From an uncultured delta proteobacterium (GTDB taxonomy: Bacteria > Desulfobacterota > RBG-13-43-22), in assembly GCA_963802945.1 (NCBI GenBank), contig CAWDKY010000030.1, forward strand, positions 160,001 through 224,000: a stretch of DNA of 64,000 nucleotides, in the 5' to 3' direction. The notes beneath the pieces are model-generated. The model saw only the letters and a list, made by a program, of their open reading frames with translations, did not search any database and was not told where the DNA came from. Positions 30,019 through 40,491 of this stretch are shown here, in pieces (positions within the stretch are counted from its first letter, which is position 1; each line of letters opens with the position of its first letter). Both the position numbers and the translations under genes were made by a program.

Positions 30019-31383
30019 ATGAAGAGATTGCTTTACTTTTTATTGGCAGCAGTTTTGATCTTTTCGGTAATGGCGGTCACCAGTTCCTATGCCTTTGACC
30101 CTTTACCTTGGGCGGGCTGGGACTATAAAGGAGTTACAGTGTCCACCAATAACCCGGACCTGAAACATTATACATGGGAAACAACCAGGCCTCCTGGTGG
30201 ACCTTGGGATAATATACAGCTCCATCGATTTGTCTATCAGCCGGGTAACGATGTAGCCGATCCCACATTATCCAGTACTGACCCGACCATGGTTCTTTTT
30301 ATCATCCCCGGAACCTATGATCGCGGGTTCACCAAGCCCCCGGATGATATAAACTTCTCCGAGAACTGGTTTTTTGCCGCTAACGGTTATGATGTCTATT
30401 CCATAGAATTTCGTACTGCGTTCATGCCCAATCTGGATCAAAACCAGTTAGCATCTACGAAGTTTGGTTTAGGGGATGAGTTAAAAGCAACTGCTGGTTG
30501 GACCTATGCTGTCTTCCGGGAAGATATCAAGGCCTGCGTGGACCTGGCCAAAACGCTTTCCGGGGCAACTACGCTATTTATGGCCGGGAGGAGCAGAGGC
30601 GGCATGCAAATGTGGATGTACTCTGCCAAGTACGCCGCCGATCTGAAAGGGTTGATATCTTTAGATGGCGGCGTTCCTTATGTTTTAAAAAACCCGTCCC
30701 AGCAAATGAGCCTATCCGCCTTTAACACTGCTGTTGCCAGTTTACAAGCGAGCGGGCCTTATCTGGACGAAGTAGGCGGTTATGAATTGATTCAGTTTGC
30801 CGGGGCAGTCCCCTTTTCAAAGAATTCGGTGGGAGGACCTCTTCCGCCTGTAAGCACACTGACCTTTCCCCCTGATGCCCCTGCTGACAAAGCCCAAATG
30901 AAATGGGTGTCAGATTTAGTTGGCTACGCTTATTATTACAGCGGACTAGCTGGAACCATAACAGATTACTACACCCCGTATCCTGGAGGCTCGGGGGAAA
31001 CCTACATGGATCGTAATGTCTTGGTGGCGATTGCCTCAAATTTTACGCGTTATTGGCCGGCCATCCAGGACCTGGAAAGCACCGCCATGGCCAATTGGGG
31101 CCCGAACGGTACGATGCCCTACGGGTTTGATTACAATAAAACCGGTCAGGTCACGCTTCCCATCCTGGCCTTTGCCAGTGACCTTACCTGCAAATATATG
31201 AAGGCCTGCTGGGAGTTTGGCTCACCAGTACCTTCCGGGGCTACCGTCGTGCCGAGGACCAAGAGCACCGATGTTACGGACTTACGTTTAAAGCATTATG
31301 GCCACCTGGATGTGTACGGCGGCACCCATTCGCTTGAGGATGTAAAACAGCCAATGTTGAATTGGATGAACTTGAGAAAATAA
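30019..31383 (+). CDS. Exported alpha/beta hydrolase
   Basis: AAGGAG RBS; signal peptide MKRLLYFLLAAVLIFSVMAVTSSYA; GRSRGG nucleophile elbow; C-terminal YGHLD. Confidence 0.82.
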   Translation: MKRLLYFLLAAVLIFSVMAVTSSYAFDPLPWAGWDYKGVTVSTNNPDLKHYTWETTRPPGGPWDNIQLHRFVYQPGNDVADPTLSSTDPTMVLFIIPGTYDRGFTKPPDDINFSENWFFAANGYDVYSIEFRTAFMPNLDQNQLASTKFGLGDELKATAGWTYAVFREDIKACVDLAKTLSGATTLFMAGRSRGGMQMWMYSAKYAADLKGLISLDGGVPYVLKNPSQQMSLSAFNTAVASLQASGPYLDEVGGYELIQFAGAVPFSKNSVGGPLPPVSTLTFPPDAPADKAQMKWVSDLVGYAYYYSGLAGTITDYYTPYPGGSGETYMDRNVLVAIASNFTRYWPAIQDLESTAMANWGPNGTMPYGFDYNKTGQVTLPILAFASDLTCKYMKACWEFGSPVPSGATVVPRTKSTDVTDLRLKHYGHLDVYGGTHSLEDVKQPMLNWMNLRK

Positions 31384-31486
31384 CGACTGTAAACATGGGC
31401 TTTAGAGACGACAGAGCAGGAAAGTTACCCGGCCGTTTCCAGCTCATCCTATATAGGCTGCCCCTATTGATTACCATCTTAACCCC

Positions 31487-31530
31487 AACGAGAAAGGCGG
31501 GGCCGGAAACGGCCCTGCCTTTCTCGTTTT
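31487..31530. terminator. Intrinsic terminator between convergent genes
   Basis: AACGAGAAAGGCGGGGCCG-GAAA-CGGCCCTGCCTTTCTCGTT-TT. Confidence 0.8.
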
Positions 31531-31945
31531 AAACCCTCATGCCCCTTAGGGGATCACGAAACATGAAAATTGTTAAGGATTCAATCCCGCCAGCGGCGGA
31601 ATTGAATCCTCGAATCCTGGAATCCTTGAACCCTATTTTTGTTCTAAATTTAATTCCTTCCTCAACAATACAAAAGGAACGGCAAGTTAGAGAAGGATTT
31701 TTTATTTTCGGCGAGATGCCCGCAAATAAATAAAAAAAAATTCCCCCCTGGGTAATTTCAGCAACTCTGTGGTCGATAGGATTTTTTGGCGAACAAGGGC
31801 GGACTGTTAGGAAACTTGATTTTATCAGGGAATGGTCAGGTGGTAACCGTTATAATCATGGCTCCTTTCCATGGATAAGCCGGAGAAAAGGCCTGCCCGA
31901 CAGCCTCCACACAGAAGAAAAGGCATCCTTAACCCGTCCAGACTA

Positions 31946-32407
31946 TTAAGAACTAGGCGTAATAGTAATAATGGTGGATCCTTGGAGAGGAGTCCCTGAA
32001 ACCACCATAGCATCAATTTCCGTTGGGGTTTGTGTGCCGATAGAAGGTGCTGTGTAGGTAACGATTAAGATTCCTCCCACGGTATAACCGCTAAAGGTAG
32101 TATTTGTTGTTCCATTAAAAGTAAAAGTACCGCCCAACGAAGCAGTCAGGATGATAGCGGCATCGGTTCTTCTTCCGGAAGCATCGGTTAAAATCACCGT
32201 GATGGTCGTGGTTCCGTTGGAGATCATAGTGTTATTTCCAGCCGTCACCGAAACATTGGCCACCGCGCCGCCGGAACTTCCAGAACCGCTGGTGGTTCCG
32301 CTGCCGACGCTATTTTGTTTATTGACATCCGAGACATTGCACCCCAGGGAAATTACCAGGGCGGCTCCCAGTAAAAAAACCACAGCAATTGAGAAAAAAA
32401 TTTTCAT
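31946..32407 (-). CDS. Thr/Ser/Gly-rich lipoprotein with Ig/invasin-like domain, downstream of gspG
   Basis: GGAGG RBS; lipobox-like SLGC; S/G linker; beta-rich TTTITVILTDASG. Confidence 0.75.
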   Translation of the reverse strand: MKIFFSIAVVFLLGAALVISLGCNVSDVNKQNSVGSGTTSGSGSSGGAVANVSVTAGNNTMISNGTTTITVILTDASGRRTDAAIILTASLGGTFTFNGTTNTTFSGYTVGGILIVTYTAPSIGTQTPTEIDAMVVSGTPLQGSTIITITPSS

Positions 32408-32417
32408 GAAATGCCTC

Positions 32418-32846
32418 CTATTCCCAATTGGTGACATCTTTGTCTTCGCCTTCTCCCCCGGGTTTGTTGTCGCGACCCAAGGAGTAAAGATCATATTCCC
32501 CATGCGTACCGGGACATTGATAATTGTAAGGGTTTCCCCAGGGGTCCGAAGGAAGATTTTTCTTGAGATAAGGACCATCCCAGTTGTCATGTCCCGGGTT
32601 GGCCATCAAGGCATTTAATCCCTCCTCTGTTGAAGGATAAGAGCCTACATCCAATCGATATTGATCCAGGGCTTGACCCAAAAGCTCAATTTGGGCTTTG
32701 GCTGCCGCTTGCCTCCCCTTGCCCAACTTTGGGAAAAGCTTGGGGGCCACCAGGGCCGCCAGAAGGCCGATGATGACCATGACCACCATAAGCTCAATCA
32801 AGGTAAAGCCGCGATGGTCTGACTGGGACCTCTTGGGGATAACCAT
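32418..32846 (-). CDS. gspG: T2SS major pseudopilin GspG
   Basis: GFTLIELMVV, YPSTEEGL.AL, WDGPYL, DPWGNPY.Y. Confidence 0.96.
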   Translation of the reverse strand: MVIPKRSQSDHRGFTLIELMVVMVIIGLLAALVAPKLFPKLGKGRQAAAKAQIELLGQALDQYRLDVGSYPSTEEGLNALMANPGHDNWDGPYLKKNLPSDPWGNPYNYQCPGTHGEYDLYSLGRDNKPGGEGEDKDVTNWE

Positions 32847-33102
32847 ATCTTTTCCTTCCCTTTTCCCTGAATCCACTGCCCAATTTTTTTAAATTAAAAT
32901 ACAAAACAGATGGTTAGTCAACAAAAAAATAAAATCCGCTTTAAAATAGATCAACGCTGAAACCACCACCCCTGTCTGTATACGGTCACGAACGTGTAAG
33001 AAAAGGGAGGGCAAGAAAAATTTAAGAATCTAAGTTTAACCTTCGAAATTGATCTGCAATTTTTTATTTGTATATTTTTAATTTTTAGTATAAAAAAACA
33101 AT

Positions 33103-35180
33103 ATGGCAGGTGGTTTGATGAAATTAAGGAGGTTTATTCTGTTGGTAAAAAGGGCATCCCGATTCAGTCAACTCGGTCTTATCTTGGTCATCGCTGCCCT
33201 GCCCTTCCTGGGGTCGCCGATATCGGCTCAAACGCCCCAGCCACCCCTGTCCCCAGGACCTCCCCAGAACCAACTCCCCGTGGTTCAACCGCCAACGCCT
33301 GTACCGACATCTGAGGCACCGGCACCTTCAATATCATCGATGCCGTCCCCGACTCCCGGCCAACAACCAGGGGCATCGGTAACCAATCCTCCTGGAAACA
33401 ACAGACCTGAACCGCCCAATACCCAACAACCTTCTGCAAAAAGAGGAGAGGTCAGTTTTAATTTTGATGACGCCGATGTCTATCTCCGTCATCCAGACCA
33501 TTTTTGGAGGTGTTCTGAAATTCAATTATATTATCGACCCTAAAGTAAAAGGGCGGGTGAATTTCAGATCCGTGGCCCCGGTAGCCAAAGAAGATGTCCT
33601 CCCATTGATGGAGGTTATTTTACGCCTAAACGGTATCGGCGTTGTGGAAGAAGGTGGGCTTTATCGCATTATCCCTATTGCCGATATGCCCAAAGAACCG
33701 GCCCCGGTTAAGATCGGACGGGAGCCGGGCAGGGTAACCTTGCAAGGTCTGGGATTACTTCAAGTCGTTCCTATAAAATATAGTACCTCTACGGAAATGG
33801 TCAAGGTTCTGACCCCCTTTCTGTCCACGAATGCGGTGATCGTGGATGTTCCGAAAATAAACTATCTCATTCTGGTGGATACGGATGCCAATGTAAAAAG
33901 ACTCCTGCAATTAGTCGAGATATTTGACAGCGAACAGCTTAAAAAAATAAAACCTCAAGTCTTTGTCTATCCGGTTCAAAATGCCAAGGCCAAGGACCTG
34001 GCCGGTTTGCTGCAACAGATATTCCTTGGGGGAAAAGCCCCGGCGAAAACCTCTACAACCAGACAACATCCACAACAACATCACATCCAACCATCGTCCA
34101 AGCCGGGACTGACCCAAATCACAACCGCAACCACACTTCCGGCCTCGCCTCAAATCCAGACCACCATTGTCCTTCGGTGCTTCAGCGGGCGGGGAGGCAC
34201 TGGTTTCTGAAATTACCAAGATTTTTCCAGACAAGATTACCAATTCACTGGTCATCTTGGCCACACCCGAGGACTATGCCCTTATCTTGGAAACCTTAAA
34301 TAAACTGGATCAGGTCCCGAGACAGGTGATGATCGAGGTGCTCATTGCCGAGATATCATTAACCGATGAATTAAAATTTGGGTTGGAGTGGTCTTTAAAC
34401 TCAATGATGGGTCAAGGTTTTGCTACTGTTACGGGAAATTTTATCCCGAGAACGACTACCAGTACCACTAACTCATCCGGTTCTACAACAACCACAACCA
34501 ATCCGCTATCGGGATTTTCTTTTTTGGGAATTGACAAAACCGGACTGGTCCAGGGATTCTTAAATACTTTGGCTACCCAAGGAAAAACCAAGGTCCTGGC
34601 CTCCCCCCATATCCTGGCCGCCGATAACCGGAAGGCCAAGATCCAGATCGGCAATCAGGTCCCCGTTGTCACCGCCGTACAAGGCACCTCAATAACCTCC
34701 CAAAACGTGGAATATAAAGATACCGGGGTGATTCTGGAGATAACACCGAACATCAATGACAGCGGGCTGGTGTCCCTGGAGATCAACCAGGAGGTTTCAG
34801 ATTATACTTTCCAACAAATCGGCACAGTCGACACCAACGTCTTTCCGGTATTTACCAAAAGACAGGCCTCCACCTTTACGGTGGCCCAGGACGGACAGAC
34901 CCTTGTCCTTGGCGGACTGATACAAGAAAATAAAGGTCAGACCAGATCCGGGTTACCCTTTCTAAGTCAGATCCCCATCCTCGGATATCTTTTTGGTTAT
35001 ACGGATAACACCTTCAACCGATCTGAAATCATCTTATTGCTTACCCCCAGGGTGGTCAGAAATCAAAAAGAGGCCGAGAATCTGACCGATTTTTACATAC
35101 ACCGTTTGGATAAGAGTTTTAAAAACCAGATTAATATGGAAGAATTACTCCCTCAAAAAGAAAAAAAGGAAACCAAGTGA
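33103..35180 (+). CDS. gspD: T2SS secretin GspD (frameshifts near 33480 and 34170)
   Basis: Pro-rich N-terminus, SFNFDDAD, LDQVPRQVMIEVLIAE, YKDTGVILEITP, SGLPFLSQIPILGYLF. Confidence 0.92.
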
Positions 35181-35293
35181 AGAGGGACAGGTAACGGGTG
35201 ACAACATTTAGAGATCCATACAAAACCCGGAAAAATAATCTGTGCAAGTCAGGAGTTGACTATACAGGCCTTGTCAAGTCGAAGATTTCTTCC

Positions 35294-35336
35294 TGTAATG
35301 TTGTTTTTCAATTTTGGCTCTTTATACAACATTACA
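35294..35336. promoter_or_regulatory. Inverted repeat upstream of the AOR gene
   Basis: TGTAATGTTGT-N21-ACAACATTACA (perfect 11 bp). Confidence 0.45.
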
Positions 35337-35518
35337 AACGGTAATCAATTTGTAAAGTACAACCCTGCATAGTCCCCTTGCCTTCCGCCCTATTTTCTTC
35401 TTGATCCTGTCTTTTTCTCCCTTTATACTCTTTCCATCAAAAAGGAAGTTCTAATAAAATTCCTAAAGGTGGTCTTTTTGACTGCAACTTTTAATAAACA
35501 TAGGGGAGATAAGAAAGG

Positions 35519-37441
35519 ATGCCTGGTTGGTGTGGAAAGATCCTTCGGGTCGATTTGAGTGATAACAATATCACAACTGAAGAAACAGAAAGGGTTGCCC
35601 GGTTGTTTTTAGGAGGCCGGGGCATTGCCACCAAGATATACTGGGACGAAGTTCGCCTTGAGGTCGGTGCCTTTGATGCCGAGAACAAGGTCATCATCAT
35701 GACAGGTCCTCTTGTAGCCACAGGTGTTCAAGGGGCAACTCGATGTACGGTGATCAGCAAATCACCGATGTTGATCCCTGAGGGGTTTTCTTACGGGAAC
35801 CTGGGTGGATTTTTCCCCTCCGAATTGAAAAAGGCAGGGTTTGATGGGATCGTCATTTCCGGAAAGGCCTCCGAACCGAGCTTGATCGTTATCAGGGATG
35901 AAACAGTGGAGATCTGCAATGCCTCGGCCATATGGGGCAAGGGGACCCATGAGGTCGGTATGATTCTCCGGGGCTGGTACGGTGAAAACATTAAATATAT
36001 TTCGACCGGCCCGGCTGGAGAAAATCTCTGTCGAAGCGCCACCATCATAAGCGATCACGAGGGTAGCGTCACTTCAGGCTTTGGTGCCGTTTTCGGATCG
36101 AAAAAGCTCAAGGCAATTGCGGTAAAAGGATCTGGAAGTCCCTCTGTGGCCTGGAAGGATAAGCTTCAAACGCTCAACCGCAAAACCGTCCTTTTGAATA
36201 AACGGTGGGCCATTAAACTCCCTCTGCCCAAGGAGCAAATCATGTATCTGAGAAAATCTCCCTGTGCCGCCTGTGGCCTCGACTGCCAAAGAGGACTATT
36301 CCGCACCAATTCAGGCAAAGAAGCCGTTAGAAAATGCCATTCCATGACTTTTTATATGCCTTGGGTTTACCGCCGGAAAGATGAACACATTGATACGAGC
36401 TTCATTGCCACGGCCTTGTGTAATGACTATGCCATCTGCACGATGGAAATCCAAAACATCGTCGAATGGTTGCTCGACAGCCAAAAAAAAGGCCTACTTA
36501 CAGAAAAAGACACTGGAATTAATCTTTCGGACTTAGGATCTCTACCCTTCATTACTCAATTGACGTCGATGATCGCCAAACGGGAAGGCTTCGGAAACAT
36601 CCTGGCCGAAGGGGTGATGAGGGCCTCGGCACAAATGGGGGAAAAAACTTCAAACCGTTTGACCATAAACATGAGCGGTGGTGGTATTGGCCTGGCAGGG
36701 GGTTATGCGCCGCGGGAATATCCCATTACCGCATTATTGTATGCCTTCGAACCCAGACAGCCGATTGCCATGTTGCATGAGGTGGTCTTTCATATCATAC
36801 GATGGCTGGCCAACCGGAGGCGCCCCGATTTATCTCCGACAACGACGGAGGTATTCCGCAAGGCCGCCGAGCGGTTCTGGGGAAGTGAAGAAGCGGGAAA
36901 TTTTGCAACTTACGATGGGAAAGCCCTGGGGGCCGCCAGAATTCAGGATCGTACCTATGTCAAAGATAGTCTGGGATTGTGCGATTTTGCCTGGCCCATA
37001 ATGGACTCATCCAACACACCCGATCATGTGGGCGATCCGGAGCTTCCGGCGCAGATTTTTTCAGCTGTAACCGGTATGGAGGTCAAGGAAGATGATCTGC
37101 ATCTTTTTGGCGAGCGAATTTTTAATCTTCAAAGAAGCATCCTTTTGCGTGAGGGCCGTAAGCCAAAGGAATCGGACCTGCCACCGGACTTTAATTTTTC
37201 CAAACCAGTGACCCATGCGGCCACTAACCCTCAGCTAATCGTTCCCGGATCGGACGAAAATCCGGTATCGATAGAGGGCAACACCCTTGATCGGGACCGA
37301 TACGAGACCATGCGGCGTGAATATTACACCATAAGAAAATGGGACCCCGATTTGGGACGCCAGAAGAAAAGCACCCTGGACAAGCTCGGTTTATCCGATG
37401 TTGCCTCGGAAATGAATAAGTTGGGGTTCCTGGAATTGTAA
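35519..37441 (+). CDS. Aldehyde:ferredoxin oxidoreductase (tungsten AOR/WOR family)
   Basis: GKILRVDLS, LGGRG, GPAGENL, GAVFGSKKLKAI, CAACGLDC, DSLGLCDF. Confidence 0.92.
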   Translation: MPGWCGKILRVDLSDNNITTEETERVARLFLGGRGIATKIYWDEVRLEVGAFDAENKVIIMTGPLVATGVQGATRCTVISKSPMLIPEGFSYGNLGGFFPSELKKAGFDGIVISGKASEPSLIVIRDETVEICNASAIWGKGTHEVGMILRGWYGENIKYISTGPAGENLCRSATIISDHEGSVTSGFGAVFGSKKLKAIAVKGSGSPSVAWKDKLQTLNRKTVLLNKRWAIKLPLPKEQIMYLRKSPCAACGLDCQRGLFRTNSGKEAVRKCHSMTFYMPWVYRRKDEHIDTSFIATALCNDYAICTMEIQNIVEWLLDSQKKGLLTEKDTGINLSDLGSLPFITQLTSMIAKREGFGNILAEGVMRASAQMGEKTSNRLTINMSGGGIGLAGGYAPREYPITALLYAFEPRQPIAMLHEVVFHIIRWLANRRRPDLSPTTTEVFRKAAERFWGSEEAGNFATYDGKALGAARIQDRTYVKDSLGLCDFAWPIMDSSNTPDHVGDPELPAQIFSAVTGMEVKEDDLHLFGERIFNLQRSILLREGRKPKESDLPPDFNFSKPVTHAATNPQLIVPGSDENPVSIEGNTLDRDRYETMRREYYTIRKWDPDLGRQKKSTLDKLGLSDVASEMNKLGFLEL

Positions 37442-37624
37442 CAGGCCATTCTCCTGCAAACATTTTCAGTACTGCATTTCGTGTCATCAGAAGTGTGTGA
37501 TAGAATTCGGGAAATGGCTCCGCATGGATGTCCTCAAGAAGATACCTCAGAAAAGCTATAGGTGTATTCGATAAATTCGATGAGATGAGGCCATGTCCGA
37601 GGAAACTCGAAGACTCCTTCCTTG

Positions 37625-37679
37625 TACTCTTCAAAATTCGATTTTCAAAAAAGACAAGATTTTAAATGGTAATCGTTGA
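37625..37679. repeat. 55-bp imperfect direct repeat, copy 1
   Basis: 41/55 ungapped identity to 40034-40088. Confidence 0.7.
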
Positions 37680-37846
37680 CAAACCCTTGTTATTTACTGG
37701 TCCCGTTCTAAAGAAAAATTCTCCTATTTACTGTTCCCAAAAAGGTGTATAATACACTATATCCAAAGGCCGGTTTAGTAAGGTAATCTGTCTTCCGATT
37801 TAGCCACTATACCCTAAAGGGGAGCAAGTAAATGGAAGAATGCAGG

Positions 37847-37887
37847 AAACCCTGTTTCTCGATAGAGCGATGGGGTTTTTTTGTTTT
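37847..37887 (+). terminator. Intrinsic terminator ending a short leader or sRNA
   Basis: AAACCCTGTTTCTC-GATA-GAGCGATGGGGTTT + T-run. Confidence 0.65.
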
Positions 37888-38125
37888 GTAATTGACCTAT
37901 CGTGGAACCAGTAAAGTGTATACAAAATGGAAGAAGTAGAAGAAGTAAAGAAAGAAAAACTTGTTTCAAGTGATTAAATATATTAATATGAGCTATGCAG
38001 CTAAATTATGGAGGGGGTATTAGGCCTAATGATTTTGATAAGGGGAATGTCGGCTTGAAACCTATTAACTTTTTACTACGTTAATAGTAGAAATTTTTAT
38101 GTGATTTAATGATTTAGGAGGAAAA

Positions 38126-39050
38126 ATGCAACTTAATATAAATAAGTCAGAGAAAGATATTTTTTCAAATCCTGTTGGTTTTGATTTTCTTAACCTGTTT
38201 TTCTCGTCGGCACCGGACGGTCTGAAACTTATAAGTTTATCCGAAGATGGGGTTCTATGGGCCTTGGGGGGAATGGAAAGTTTCAGATCCTGAAGGTATC
38301 GCCGTGGACAACCAGGAAACGTTTATGTGAATGATAATCATGCTAACGATTGCATCCAGAAGTTCACTTCCTTAGGAAGTTTTATCACCCAATGGGGTTC
38401 CTCGGGCAGTGGAAATAAACAATTTTCAGATCCTGAAGGAATCGCCATTGACGGATCAGGAAATATTTATGTGGCAGATTATATGAACTGTCGTATCCAG
38501 AAATTAGACCACAATGGTAACTATTTAACCCAATGGGGTTCTATGGGCAGCGGGAATCTGCAATTTTTATATCCCATAGGAATCGCCGTTGACTCATCAA
38601 ATTATGTCTATGTGACGGACTTCGGTAATAATCGTGTAGTGAAATATGACTCCAATGGTAACTATCAAACCCAATGGGGCACTTATGGCAGCGGGAATAA
38701 GCAATTTATACAACCTATTGGAATCGGCGTTGACCATTCAGGATATGTTTATGTGGCTGATAGTTATAATAACCGTATACAGAAATTTGACTCCAATGGG
38801 AACTATCAAACCCAATGGGGTTCCTCGGGCAGTGGAAATAAGCAATTTTCAGATCCTGAGTACCTTGCCGTTGACGCTTCCGGAAATGTTTATGTGGCTG
38901 ATTGGGAAACTATCGTATTCAGAAGTTTACTTCCGCCGGACCTAGGTCACCCGATTCGGCACTTATGGCAGCGGGAATGGACAATTTAAAGATATTGAGG
39001 GAATCGCCATTGACTCCTCATAGGATATGTTTATGTGGGAGATCGTGCTG
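38126..39050 (+). CDS. Exported NHL-repeat beta-propeller (multiple indels; 3' end uncertain)
   Basis: AGGAGG RBS; 47-aa repeats QWGSxGSGNxQFxxPxGIAVDxSGxVYVAD..RIQKFD. Confidence 0.8.
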
Positions 39051-39479
39051 ATAATGGCGGCAGCTACAGCATACGAAGTGCAAACATCCAGATCAAAAGG
39101 GTATGCCCTGGCTGCATTTGATGCTGGGAAATAAAATTTTTATTCCCAGCCATTGTCTCTGACATCATTTTGTTCGTGCTATCTTTTTTTAGGGCTTACG
39201 GGCACCTGCCAGAAGCAACCCAGGGACTTTTGTCACGTTTTGGTAACATTGCCCAGAAGGTAACTGAGAGATTTACAAAGCAGCAATAAATTAATGGCCA
39301 TATCCATACAACGTTTTACTAAATATGTCAGAGGAACCCTACTATATTCTGAGAGAAAGGAGAAATGGATTTTCACTTGGCGAAGGGGTTTGATTGAAAT
39401 TATCGAATGAGGCCAGAGTTTTTTTCGAGACAAATTATTTTAATATACTTAAAATAAAATGGACGAAAGGGGAATGCTA

Positions 39480-39837
39480 ATGAAAACAACTTTTAAAAAG
39501 AGGTTTTTATCGTGGTGTTAGTGGTCATGACGGCAAATAGTTTTCTTCCTTGAAATCGCAATTCCAGGCTGGTTTTCCGGCGATGTATAGTTGTCAGGTC
39601 ATCGTGGCCTAGTCAAGGAAAGTAAGTACGGGCCAATTGTCTGACCGATGGGGGTGGGGATTTACTGGTAAATGGATGCAAACGGGATCTGGCTATTCAA
39701 TGAACAATTAGCCTCGCCTTGACGGCCATCAGTACCGGCAAGTGGAAATGGCTAATTTGGATGATACATTGACTCCCCCGATCATCATCGAAGTATTCTT
39801 AGTAAATCCAAAGGGCCAAGAATTCCGATATATTTAA
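39480..39837 (+). pseudogene. Disrupted small exported hypothetical protein
   Basis: AAAGGGGA RBS; MKTTFKK + hydrophobic stretch; fragment EQLA.ALTAISTGK; several indels. Confidence 0.4.
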
Positions 39838-40033
39838 TTCTTGGATTTTCAAAAGATATGGATACCGGCAGGGCCTGCCCATTTTGGATCGACGGGGACC
39901 TGGCTGAGAAGATATAAGTTTTTTTCTGCCCGCCAAATCAATCACCTGATTCCCTCCCCAAGGACTTAAGAGGGAAAATTAAAATGGGATAAGGAGGATT
40001 ATAAGATACACCGAGATTCAATGACGAGTACTA

Positions 40034-40088
40034 TACTCCTCAAACTCCGATGATAGGAAAAGACAAGATTTCAATCAGTAATGGTTAA
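40034..40088. repeat. 55-bp imperfect direct repeat, copy 2
   Basis: 41/55 ungapped identity to 37625-37679. Confidence 0.7.
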
Positions 40089-40491
40089 TTTCCGAAATGA
40101 TATTTTTAATAGTTATAGGTGAAATCAAACATCATCCTGACTGAAACAACTCGATCTTCCATTTTCAGCCCAACTATGACTCCTGTCTTATTTATTCCTT
40201 TGAAAATTCAGTCGGTATATTTTTCCTAATTAAATAATCTCCAAAAAAAAAGGGATATAATTATAAGGGAGGAGGAAAAAAAACAGTAACCTTAAAACGC
40301 AGGAAGAAGTATAAATTGTAAGGCAAAAATATAACCAAAACAATGACCCAGGCCAAGAACAAAGCGCAAACTCATATCAGGTGAATTTGTCTCAAAAGGT
40401 CTAAAAGATATACACGTCAACCTTCATAGACCCTTATGACAAGCATTAGATCGTTTTTATCAATTTTCCACAAAAGAAGGATCGATTTAGA

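Noticed and set aside
37224-37634. Minus-strand 136-aa ORF as a transposase fragment
   Set aside because: It overlaps the AOR 3' end and has no DDE, HUH or HTH motif.
38327-38989. Regular repeats as a CRISPR array
   Set aside because: The period is 141 nt and in frame, encoding NHL blades; there are no unique spacers and no cas genes.
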